DNA from: Gudongella sp.
Lineage (GTDB): Bacteria > Bacillota > Clostridia > Tissierellales > Tissierellaceae
NCBI GenBank assembly: GCA_034006985.1
Contig: JAVERT010000021.1
Span: 7,409 to 31,408, forward strand
Direction: 5' to 3'
Length of the DNA: 24,000 nt
Part shown: in pieces, positions 15,793 to 24,000 of the stretch
Position numbering within the stretch: the stretch's first letter is position 1
How the letters are laid out: every line of letters starts with the position of its first letter
Notes under the pieces: model-generated
Database searches by the model: none
The model's input: the letters and a program-made list of their open reading frames with translations, nothing else
What the model was told of the DNA's origin: nothing
Made by a program: the position numbers and the translations under genes

Positions 15793-17247
15793 TTGTTTGT
15801 TTTGGAAGCTAAAGTAATAGCTATCAGAGGAGGGATTGTCATAATATTAAAATCTAGTAGCGATGGATTATCTAATCCTAGAACTTACGCAAAAGAAATT
15901 AGTCAAGCTTTAGAAAAAACAGATTTTGCGGTATTAGATGATATCATCAATGAAATTCTTATTAGCAAAAAAAAGGATCGAACAATATTTACTGCAGGAA
16001 ATGGTGGAAGTTCAGCAACAGCAAGTCACTTTATTAATGATTTGGTTAAAGGTGCCAGAGTTAATAATCGAGAAGGATTTAGAGCACGTAGTCTTAATGA
16101 CTCTACTGCCATGATGACTTGCCTAGCAAACGATTTCTCTTATGAGGAAATGTTTAGTATAATGTTGCGTACTTTCGGCAAGCCAGGAGATTTAATTGTC
16201 GTGTTTAGTGGTAGTGGTAATTCACCTAACATACTTCACGTTTGTGAAACTGCTAAAAAAATGGGCTTAACTGTTATAGGTTTTGGTGGCCGTGATGGTG
16301 GGAAAATGAAAGCATTTTGCGATCATATTCTTATTGCACCTACAGATAATATGGAACAGATTGAAGATTTCCATATGATTTATATTCATGCATTAATTTC
16401 TAGCGTGAGGGAAAAACTTAAAAATATGTGGGATATTGAAATTATAAACTATCCAAATTGTGTAAAGCCTAAAAATGCAATATTTGATTTTGATGGAACT
16501 ATTAGTTTAATTCGTGAGGGTTGGCAACCGATTATGTATGAATATTTCACTCAGGAATTATTAGAATGTCCAAATATGACGGATAAGGAAATAGCTAAAA
16601 AAGTTGTCATGGACTTTGTTGACTATCTAACAGGAAAGCAAACCATATTTCAATGTATGCATTTGAGCGATGAAATAATAAAATATGGTGGAAGGCCAAA
16701 GGATCCATTGGACTATAAAATTGAATATCTAAGGCGATTAAACGAGCATATAAAGATGCGTATTGATAGGCTTAGAAATGGAGGAGACCCTTCAGAATAT
16801 ATGGTTCCAGGTGTTGTAGATTTTCTTGAGAAACTTAAAAATGAGGGTATGGATTGTTATCTTACCAGTGGTACAGATGAAGTAGATGTATTAGAAGAGG
16901 CAGAATTATTAAATGTTGCCCAATATTTTAAAGAAATTCATGGTGCAAGAGATGATAATAGTACTTTGTGTTCAAAAGAAGAGGTTATAAATGATTTAAT
17001 AAAGAGTAAATCTTTGAAAGGCTCAGATTTTATAACTTTTGGAGATGGATATGTAGAGATAGAAATTGCAAAAAATATAGATTCTTATGCAGTAGCGGTA
17101 GCGACAAATGAAGAAGAGAAAGATAGGTCCGTAAATCAATGGAAGAGAGGAAGACTTCTTAAAGCTGGAGCTGATTGTGTTATACCAGACTTTAGTGACG
17201 CTAATCGTCTTTTAGATTTTATGAGGAGGTCTTGGGATGACATTTAA
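15793..17247 (+). CDS. Fusion protein: N-terminal GmhA-like SIS sugar-phosphate isomerase domain plus C-terminal HAD-superfamily phosphatase domain
   Basis: SIS motifs FTAGNGGSSATASHFINDL and VFSGSGNSPNIL. HAD motif I DFDGT (16486-16500), motif II LTSGT, motif III/IV FGDGYVE. The start is uncertain: TTG at 15793 or 15802, or a non-canonical ATT/ATA just after the strong RBS GAGGAGGG at 15827-15834. Confidence 0.75.
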   Translation: MFVLEAKVIAIRGGIVIILKSSSDGLSNPRTYAKEISQALEKTDFAVLDDIINEILISKKKDRTIFTAGNGGSSATASHFINDLVKGARVNNREGFRARSLNDSTAMMTCLANDFSYEEMFSIMLRTFGKPGDLIVVFSGSGNSPNILHVCETAKKMGLTVIGFGGRDGGKMKAFCDHILIAPTDNMEQIEDFHMIYIHALISSVREKLKNMWDIEIINYPNCVKPKNAIFDFDGTISLIREGWQPIMYEYFTQELLECPNMTDKEIAKKVVMDFVDYLTGKQTIFQCMHLSDEIIKYGGRPKDPLDYKIEYLRRLNEHIKMRIDRLRNGGDPSEYMVPGVVDFLEKLKNEGMDCYLTSGTDEVDVLEEAELLNVAQYFKEIHGARDDNSTLCSKEEVINDLIKSKSLKGSDFITFGDGYVEIEIAKNIDSYAVAVATNEEEKDRSVNQWKRGRLLKAGADCVIPDFSDANRLLDFMRRSWDDI

Positions 17248-18220
17248 AAAATTTGATACAAGTAGGTTAAAAACTAAACCACTTAGTGAGCGTATACATG
17301 ATGTAGACTTGCTTAAAGTTTTGGTTCCAGTTGATGACTCTCCTGCACCCTTGCAAAACGCTAAAATAGATGCTGTTGCAGAAGCTATGGTACAGGCTAA
17401 AAAAAACAATGCTGCATCGATGTTGATGTATGGTGGGCATGTTATAAGAACGGGTTGCTCATTATATATGATTGAACTTATGAAAAAAGGACTGGTTAAC
17501 CATTTTGCCACTAATGGTTCTGGAAGTATCCATGATTTTGAATTCTCACTTATTGGACAAAGTTGTGAATCAGTTGCTAAATATGTAAGTGAAGGTCAGT
17601 TTGGACTTTGGCATGAAACAGGGTTAATAAATGATATTTTAAGGGATGGTATTAAAGATGGATTAGGTGCTGGTGAAGCAATAGGAAGGTATATTTGGGA
17701 AAATGATTTACCTTATAAACAGTATAGTGTTCTTGGAAATGCTTATCACCTAGGGATTCCATGCACAGTACACATAGGGATTGGTAGTGACATTATACAT
17801 GAGCATAACAATGCCAATGGTGCAGTCTTGGGAGAAGCCTCATATATTGATTTTTTAATATATGCACAAACAATTACTAAGCTGGAAGGTGGATTATTTT
17901 TGAACTTCGGGTCAGCAGTAACTGGTCCTGAAGTGTATTTAAAAGCACTTGCTATGGCTAGGAATGTTGCTCATCAAGAAGGAAAAAAAATAACTCATTT
18001 TACAACTGCAGTTTTTGATATTCACGAAATACCGGATGTAGGACATGATTTGACACCGCCTAAATCTGATGTAAGATATTACTTCCGTCCTTGGAAGACA
18101 ATACTTGCGCGTACAGTAGCGGATGGCGGCAATAGTTATTATATTCAAGGTCTACACAATCAAACGTTGCCAAGTCTAGCTAAACGTGCAATTGATTTAG
18201 AAATAAAAACAAGGATGTGA
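17237..18220 (+). CDS. Conserved protein of unassigned function (possible deoxyhypusine-synthase-like Rossmann fold)
   Basis: GAGGAGG RBS 8 nt upstream of the ATG. It overlaps the previous gene by 11 nt. Motifs HFATNGSGSIHDFE, IPCTVHIGIGSDIIHEH and LFLNFGSAVTGPE loosely recall the DHS family. That recollection is weak, so function is not assigned. Confidence 0.45.
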   Translation: MTFKKFDTSRLKTKPLSERIHDVDLLKVLVPVDDSPAPLQNAKIDAVAEAMVQAKKNNAASMLMYGGHVIRTGCSLYMIELMKKGLVNHFATNGSGSIHDFEFSLIGQSCESVAKYVSEGQFGLWHETGLINDILRDGIKDGLGAGEAIGRYIWENDLPYKQYSVLGNAYHLGIPCTVHIGIGSDIIHEHNNANGAVLGEASYIDFLIYAQTITKLEGGLFLNFGSAVTGPEVYLKALAMARNVAHQEGKKITHFTTAVFDIHEIPDVGHDLTPPKSDVRYYFRPWKTILARTVADGGNSYYIQGLHNQTLPSLAKRAIDLEIKTRM

Positions 18221-18224
18221 TTTT

Positions 18225-19244
18225 TTGAATTTGAATGAAATTGTTCAAATATTAAAGAGGGAAAAACAGCCTGTGATCACTGTCTTTGGAGATTTTTGCT
18301 TAGATAAGTATTTATATGTAGATCCTAAAAAGGATGAGTTATCTCTAGAAACTGGCTTAACAGCATACCAGATTACACATAAAAAAAATCATGCGGGTGC
18401 TGGAGGTACTATAACTAATAATTTATTAGCGCTTGGAGCAAAAGTATATACTATTGGAATTGTTGGAAATGATGGTGAGGGTTTTGAACTGTTGAAATGT
18501 TTAAAAAAAGAAGGGGCAGATGTTTCTTTAATGGTTCATACTGATGAAAGAAATACAGCAACTTATATTAAACCAATGCGAGTTGTAAAAGACCAGGTAA
18601 CAGAGATGAATCGTTTTGACATCAAGAATTTTACAGCTACACCAATGAATATACAAAAGCACTTGCTAGAAAATTTAGAAAAAGTGCTCCATATTAGCGA
18701 TGCTATAATTATCTCTGATCAATATATTGAAAAAGATTGTGCTGCTATAACTGAGTATGTACAAAAAAATCTTTCAGAGCTTGCGGGTAAATATAAAGAC
18801 ATAATATGGTATGTTGATTCTCGTAGTGATATATACAAATTTAAGAATATGATTTTGAAATGTAATCATAAAGAAATAGCGCAAGTATTTAAGGTAGATG
18901 ATAAAACAGTAAATACGGATGTTGCATTAGGCTACTCCAAGAAATTATACGAAAAGAACGGGGAACCAATTTATGTCACCTTAGGAGAGTTTGGATCAGT
19001 CGTTTATGATGGTCTACATTCTTACAAAATACCAGCTTTTAAAATTACTGGAGAAATTGATGTTGTTGGAGCCGGAGATGCTTTTAATGCAGGCATTATC
19101 TTTGCAATGACTAAGGGTGCAGATTATCAGCAAGCTGCATTAGTTGGGAATGCAGCATCATCAATTGTTATAAAAAAAATTGGACAAACAGGTACTGCAA
19201 ACTTAGATGAAGTAATTTATCTATTAGGTGAAGGAAGCAAATAA
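18225..19244 (+). CDS. PfkB-family sugar(-phosphate) kinase, HldE/RfaE domain-I-like
   Basis: The N-terminus VFGDFCLDKYLY...GGAGGTITNNLLALGAKV resembles heptose-7-phosphate kinases. C-terminal PfkB signature DVVGAGDAFNAG. TTG start with an AAGGA RBS. Confidence 0.75.
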   Translation: MNLNEIVQILKREKQPVITVFGDFCLDKYLYVDPKKDELSLETGLTAYQITHKKNHAGAGGTITNNLLALGAKVYTIGIVGNDGEGFELLKCLKKEGADVSLMVHTDERNTATYIKPMRVVKDQVTEMNRFDIKNFTATPMNIQKHLLENLEKVLHISDAIIISDQYIEKDCAAITEYVQKNLSELAGKYKDIIWYVDSRSDIYKFKNMILKCNHKEIAQVFKVDDKTVNTDVALGYSKKLYEKNGEPIYVTLGEFGSVVYDGLHSYKIPAFKITGEIDVVGAGDAFNAGIIFAMTKGADYQQAALVGNAASSIVIKKIGQTGTANLDEVIYLLGEGSK

Positions 19245-19295
19245 TTATATTATATACAACCAATGTAAATACAATCTTTAGGAAGGGGTCAGTAT

Positions 19296-20270
19296 ATGAA
19301 AGTAGATGCTTTATTTGTAGTGGAACCAAATAAGATTGAAATACTGCCGGTAGAACTTTCTCATCCTAAATATAATGAATTACAAGTGCAGACAAAAGCA
19401 GTGGGGATTTGCGCTTGGGATTCTTATCTTTATAGAGGAATGGATGCACCAGAACCTTGCCCTTATAGAATTGGGCACGAAGGTGTTGGTGTAGTTATAG
19501 ATAAAGGTGACGAAGTTAAGGGCTTTGAAATAGGTGACAAGATTTTTGTAGGCACAGGCGGAGATGAGATGATGGCGACTCATTTTAATGTTGAGTATGA
19601 CTGTGTTGCAAAATTACCTAAAAATGAAACTGATTATGTGAAGTGGGTTGGTGAACCCACCGTATGCGTTGTGAATATATTGAACAAAACAAATGTCCAG
19701 CCAGGAGATAGTGTTGCATTAATTGGGGCTGGATATATGGGGCTATTGACACTACAGGCCCTTATGAGAGGATCACAAGCTGGCAAAGTAACTGTGTTTG
19801 ATATTAATGACCATGCTCTATCTATAGCAAAGGAATACACCGACAATTGCTATAATATAAACTCAGATGAGGGGCAAAACCAAATTGATAAGATTAAGTC
19901 TGAAGGTGGGGTTAACATTGTTATAGAATTTGCTGGTAATCAGCAAGCTTTAGATTTGGCAACTAGTCTTACTGCAAATGCTCAGGGGAAATTAGTTATA
20001 GGTTCGTGGCATCGTGGATTACGAACATATGATGGTACTAGATGGCACACGACAGGTTTAGAAGTATTAAATATTGCTCCAAAGAGTAACTTACACTTTC
20101 GAGAGTTAACTCAAGGAACTGCTAATCTTATAGAAAAAGGTGTATACGATACAAAACGGCTTGTTACTCATACCGCAAAATTTGGTGACATGGAAGGAAT
20201 GAATTCAATCTTTGAGAAATCCATTAAAAAGACAGATGGCTATATCAAAGGTGTTATCATATTTGATTAA
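19296..20270 (+). CDS. Medium-chain (zinc-type) alcohol/polyol dehydrogenase
   Basis: Catalytic-zinc ligand context GICAWD and GHEGVGVV. Nucleotide-binding GAGYMG. The 4-Cys structural zinc loop is not visible. Confidence 0.8.
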   Translation: MKVDALFVVEPNKIEILPVELSHPKYNELQVQTKAVGICAWDSYLYRGMDAPEPCPYRIGHEGVGVVIDKGDEVKGFEIGDKIFVGTGGDEMMATHFNVEYDCVAKLPKNETDYVKWVGEPTVCVVNILNKTNVQPGDSVALIGAGYMGLLTLQALMRGSQAGKVTVFDINDHALSIAKEYTDNCYNINSDEGQNQIDKIKSEGGVNIVIEFAGNQQALDLATSLTANAQGKLVIGSWHRGLRTYDGTRWHTTGLEVLNIAPKSNLHFRELTQGTANLIEKGVYDTKRLVTHTAKFGDMEGMNSIFEKSIKKTDGYIKGVIIFD

Positions 20271-20347
20271 AATCAGAGATACACGAACAGCTAATTTGGA
20301 TAGTACGGCATAGCCGATTATCATAAAAATTTAAAGGGGGACTTAAA

Positions 20348-21433
20348 GTGAAAAAGTTTTTAGCAATATTTTTAGCAGTAGTTATGGTTATGACATTGGG
20401 TGCTTGTTCTACAACAACTGCGCCTGAGGAACCTGAGGCACCTGCAGAAGGTGAAATGGATGGGGACATGTCTTATAAAATTGGTGTAGTTATTCCTTCA
20501 GGTGACCATGGATTTACAGGTGAGAGTGTAGCCCATGCAAAAATGGAAGCAGACGCTCTTATGGAGCAATATGATGGTCTTGAGATAGTTGTTAAGGATG
20601 GATTAGAGGCTTCGGATCAAATCACTTCTATTGAAAACTTATTAGCTGGTAATGATATTGACCTTATTATGTTATGGCCAATGGAAGGTGAAGCGCTTAG
20701 AAGTGCTGCACAAAGTATTTTGGATGCAGGCGTTGAATTAGTTATTTATGACAGATTAATCGATGATTTTGATGGCTTGGTAGGAGAAATTATGGGAGAT
20801 AACTATGGTATTGCTCAAATGATGGGTGAATATCTTAATGAATATTTCAAAGATGCAAGTGATGTTCAATATCTTAGATTTGTAGGGGATAGTTCAACTG
20901 TTACGGGACAACGTAGTGATGGTATGGATGAAGTTATTGATCCTAAATTCGAGCAAGTTGCAAACACAATCGTTACTAATTGGTCAACTGAAAAAGCACA
21001 AACAGAGATGGAAAACTGGTTAAATGCTAAAACTGTAGCAGAAATAGAAGATCTTGATCTTATTGTTACTCACGATGATGAGATTGTTGATGGTCTAATG
21101 AATGCTCTAGAGGCATATTCTGGAGAAGCAAAGATTAACATTCAATTAATAACTTCTGTTGGTGGACGTGAAGGTACAATGGCTAAATTTGAAGAAACTG
21201 ACACTGGAATTAAATTTGCAACATTCTATTTTGCTCCAGCTTTTATACGTGAGGCATTGAGATTATCTGTAACACATCTTTATGATGAGCCATATGACGG
21301 TGCTGTTCTTAAAGACGGACAATACTTGATTCCATCTTTCTCAATTAGTAATGCTGGTGGAGCAGATTATGACTTTGACGAATATAGAGCAAGTGATATT
21401 TACGCAGAAAGATACTCTATTGGTAATTTCTAA
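20348..21433 (+). CDS. ABC sugar-binding lipoprotein (RbsB/periplasmic-binding-protein type I-like)
   Basis: GTG start with a GGGGGA RBS. Signal peptide with lipobox LGAC, followed by a Pro/Glu-rich linker. The rest has a type I PBP fold pattern (KIGVVIPSGDHGF..). Confidence 0.8.
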   Translation: MKKFLAIFLAVVMVMTLGACSTTTAPEEPEAPAEGEMDGDMSYKIGVVIPSGDHGFTGESVAHAKMEADALMEQYDGLEIVVKDGLEASDQITSIENLLAGNDIDLIMLWPMEGEALRSAAQSILDAGVELVIYDRLIDDFDGLVGEIMGDNYGIAQMMGEYLNEYFKDASDVQYLRFVGDSSTVTGQRSDGMDEVIDPKFEQVANTIVTNWSTEKAQTEMENWLNAKTVAEIEDLDLIVTHDDEIVDGLMNALEAYSGEAKINIQLITSVGGREGTMAKFEETDTGIKFATFYFAPAFIREALRLSVTHLYDEPYDGAVLKDGQYLIPSFSISNAGGADYDFDEYRASDIYAERYSIGNF

Positions 21434-21466
21434 TATGATTTGCTAAGAATAATTATATAGTTGATG

Positions 21467-21494
21467 AACCGACCGCATCATCGGTCGGTTTATT
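21467..21494 (+). terminator. Intra-operon hairpin (partial terminator or mRNA stabiliser) after the binding-protein gene
   Basis: A perfect GC-rich 9-bp stem, AACCGACCG (21467-21475) with CGGTCGGTT (21482-21490). The loop is 6 nt. Only a short T tract follows (TTAT). Confidence 0.5.
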
Positions 21495-21542
21495 AAATAT
21501 TCACAATACTTTTACAGATTGTTACAGGAAAGGAGTGAGTAT

Positions 21543-23045
21543 ATGCTTGTAGAAATGAAAGGAATTACAAAAGAGTTTGGTCCTGTTCGTGCTTTAGATA
21601 ATGTTGATTTTAAAATAGATACTGGAGAAATTGTCGGCTTAGTTGGAGAAAATGGTGCAGGCAAGACTACGCTTATGAATATTTTAACAGGAACTTATAC
21701 CGCTACTAACGGGGATGTTTTTATTGATGGGAAAAAAGTACAAATAAGTAATATAAGGGTAGCCAATCAATACGGAATTCGGTTTATACGTCAGGAACTT
21801 AACTTATGTAATGACCTAAGAGTTTTTGAAAATATGTTTCTTGCGGATGAGATAAAAAATAAGTATGGTTTATTAAATAAAAAAGAAATGATAAAACAAA
21901 GCGAAATGGTGTTTAAGCGAATGAATGTGAGGATAGATCCTGAATCAATAATGAGAGATCTTCAAGCAGCTGAAAAACAATTGGTTGAAATAGCCAAAGC
22001 CTTACTGTTTAAATGCGAATTAATAATAATGGATGAACCTACCACAGCTCTATCTACCCATGAAATTGAAGACCTGTTTAAAATAATGCGTCTTTTAGTA
22101 GAGGAAGGTGTAAGTTTTATATATATTTCTCACAAAATGCCAGAGTTATTTGATATATGTGAAAAGTATTATGTTCTTCGAGATGGTAAATTAGTCTCAC
22201 AAGGCGAGTTTGAGGATATTGATGAAAATGACATTACAGAGATGATGATTGGTCGATATCTTCTAGATGAAAAGTTCTCACAGCACACTAATAGTTCAAG
22301 AGAAGAAGTAGCTATTTCAGTAAAAAACCTATCGGGCAGAGGGTTTCATAATATTAGTTTCGATGTTCAGAAAGGCGAAGTTATAGCTATCACAGGACTA
22401 CAAGGCAGTGGACGTGATGAAATTGCTGATGCGTTATTTGGCGAAGAAGCATTTAGTGGTCAATTGATTGTTGGTGGGAAGCAGATAAAACCTGGTTCAA
22501 ATATACGTAAATTTATGAAAAGAGGAATTGGACTTGTTCCACGTATGCGTAAAGAACGTGGGATACACAATGACTTGTCAATATATGACAATATAAACAT
22601 GGCTTATCTTAATACAAAATTTAAAAATATACTAATATCCAATAAAAAAGTTCATTCAAGATATATTAATCATAAGGAAGCTCTAGATATTAGAGCAGGT
22701 AGTCCAAGAAATCCAATTACTTCTTTGTCTGGGGGGAATCAACAGAAAGTTATTTTAGGAAAGTGGTTGGAAACGGATGCAGATATTCTTCTATTTGATA
22801 ATCCTACGCAAGGAATAGATGTTGGAACTAAATTTGAAATTTATCACTTAATTGCTGATCTTGCGGTAGAAGGAAAAGCGATTATCGTTTTTAGTCCCGA
22901 GTTTCCAGAAATATATAAAGTAGCAGATAGATGTATTGTACTATATAAAGGTACAATAAATGCTGTGCTTGGTAGAGAAGAACTGACAGAGAAAAATATA
23001 ATGTACTATTCTACTGGCGCAAATTTGGAGGTGGAAAATGCTTAA
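21543..23045 (+). CDS. Sugar ABC transporter ATP-binding protein with duplicated ABC domains (RbsA/MglA-like)
   Basis: AAAGGAG RBS plus ATG 21543 is preferred over the TTG at 21519. First domain has Walker A GENGAGKTT. Second domain has GLQGSGRDE, signature LSGGNQQKV and Walker B LLFDNPTQGID. Confidence 0.88.
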   Translation: MLVEMKGITKEFGPVRALDNVDFKIDTGEIVGLVGENGAGKTTLMNILTGTYTATNGDVFIDGKKVQISNIRVANQYGIRFIRQELNLCNDLRVFENMFLADEIKNKYGLLNKKEMIKQSEMVFKRMNVRIDPESIMRDLQAAEKQLVEIAKALLFKCELIIMDEPTTALSTHEIEDLFKIMRLLVEEGVSFIYISHKMPELFDICEKYYVLRDGKLVSQGEFEDIDENDITEMMIGRYLLDEKFSQHTNSSREEVAISVKNLSGRGFHNISFDVQKGEVIAITGLQGSGRDEIADALFGEEAFSGQLIVGGKQIKPGSNIRKFMKRGIGLVPRMRKERGIHNDLSIYDNINMAYLNTKFKNILISNKKVHSRYINHKEALDIRAGSPRNPITSLSGGNQQKVILGKWLETDADILLFDNPTQGIDVGTKFEIYHLIADLAVEGKAIIVFSPEFPEIYKVADRCIVLYKGTINAVLGREELTEKNIMYYSTGANLEVENA

Positions 23046-24000
23046 CATCAAGGGCGAAAAATATAAAGACATTACCGCGAAATTTATATTTAAAAAATTA
23101 ATTACAGAATATAGCTTTATTTTATCATTTGTTTTATTAATTGTAATTGCAGGTATTGTAAATAAAAATTTTTTCACATGGACAAATATTTCTAATATAT
23201 TTATACAAAGTTCCATGATTGGACTTATTGCAATGGGTATGAGCATGGTAATATCTGCTGGAGAAATTGATATTTCAGTAGGGTCTCAGGTTGCCTTAAT
23301 CGGAGGATTTGGGATATTGGTTTTAAATTTAACCGGAAGTGCATTACTAATGATACTTTTTTGTGCTGTTTTCGGATTGTTTGTTGGTACAATAAATGGG
23401 TTGTTGATTACCAAAGGTGGGATGCCATCTATGATAGCAACAATGGCTATGATGGGAGCTGCTCGATCGATAATAAACCATTTTGGATCAGGAGGACCAT
23501 TTACAGTATCAAAAGAATTGTTTGGGTCCTTTAGGCTTTTGGCAGTTGGAGGGGTACCACTCTGGGGAAATGTAAAAATTCCTTACCTTATGATTATTTT
23601 TGTAATAGTTGCCATAATATTTGATATTATAATGAAACAAACAAAGCTAGGCAAACATATATATGCAGTTGGTAGTAATGAAACATCAGCGAGATTATCA
23701 GGTGTAAATGTAGATTTAATTAAAATCTTGGTATTTGCAATTACTGGACTAATGTGTGGACTAGCAGCAGTTATATATGCTTCTAGATTGACGGCAGTTG
23801 CAGCTGCGAGTGCTGCGGTGGGATATGAAATGGAAACAATAGCTGCCGTAGCAATTGGTGGTACTGCAATGAGTGGTGGTCGAGGGAAAATACTTGGTAC
23901 TTTTATGGGAGTATTAATGTTTAAAATGATAAGCAATATCTTAACCGCAGCGGATGTTTCCACATTCCTTAATGGTGCAATAAGTGGAGCGATTATTGTT
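23038..24000 (+). CDS. Sugar ABC transporter permease (RbsC/AraH family), 3' end off-window; absent from the supplied ORF track
   Basis: GGAGGTGG RBS. ATG 23038 overlaps the ATPase stop by 8 nt. I translated 321 codons to nt 24000 without a stop. The product is highly hydrophobic, with family-typical segments GEIDISVGS, TLGTxHIYAVGSNE-like KLGKHIYAVGSNETSARLSGV, and AAVAIGGTAMSGGRGKILGT. Confidence 0.85.
   Translation, partial: MLNIKGEKYKDITAKFIFKKLITEYSFILSFVLLIVIAGIVNKNFFTWTNISNIFIQSSMIGLIAMGMSMVISAGEIDISVGSQVALIGGFGILVLNLTGSALLMILFCAVFGLFVGTINGLLITKGGMPSMIATMAMMGAARSIINHFGSGGPFTVSKELFGSFRLLAVGGVPLWGNVKIPYLMIIFVIVAIIFDIIMKQTKLGKHIYAVGSNETSARLSGVNVDLIKILVFAITGLMCGLAAVIYASRLTAVAAASAAVGYEMETIAAVAIGGTAMSGGRGKILGTFMGVLMFKMISNILTAADVSTFLNGAISGAIIV

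Noticed and set aside
21519-21542. TTG start at 21519 for the ABC ATPase.
   Set aside because: AAAGGAG lies within this extension at the proper distance from ATG 21543, and MLVEMKGITKEFG is a typical N-terminus for the family.
2-23963. All minus-strand ORFs in the track (for example 2..244, 1193..1408, 3015..3338, 3335..3811, 6265..6513, 8183..8476, 11575..11823, 17212..17511, 19634..19846, 23583..23963).
   Set aside because: Each lies antisense inside a well-supported + strand gene. They have low-complexity S/I/L/F-rich translations typical of shadow ORFs in AT-rich DNA, show no RBS and have no recognisable motifs.

Overview
Low-GC, Firmicutes/Clostridia-like chromosomal segment. Every credible gene is on the + strand, and the listed minus-strand ORFs look like antisense shadows. 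Left to right: (1) the 3' part of a coiled-coil SMC/SbcC (YhaN-like) ATPase that runs off the left edge; (2) a consensus sigma-A promoter and a T-box leader with intrinsic terminator controlling metN-metI-metQ; (3) an HD-domain hydrolase gene whose 5' end is split by a 1-nt frameshift; (4) a ~9.8 kb defence island. The island has two transcription units. The first encodes an HTH/Bro-N-like 336-aa protein, a translationally coupled Doc (Fic/DOC) toxin and an AbiJ-like HEPN (Abi_C) protein. The second is a type I R-M operon, hsdM-hsdS-hsdR, with a DUF45/YgjP-like HExxH metallopeptidase gene overlapping the hsdR stop. Three homologous terminator-plus-promoter modules (TAGATA-N17-TATAAT) bracket and divide the island, and the outer two share a 30/32-nt direct repeat. 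No integrase or transposase is present. (5) A carbohydrate operon of unclear specificity: a GmhA-like SIS + HAD fusion, an unassigned 327-aa protein, an HldE/RfaE-like PfkB kinase, an MDR dehydrogenase and a ribose-type ABC importer. The importer's permease gene is missing from the ORF track because it runs off the right edge. The best candidates for new biology are the non-canonical Doc/HEPN three-gene module next to the R-M system and the heptose-pathway-like enzyme set wired to an importer. No tRNA, rRNA, CRISPR array or IS element was seen.
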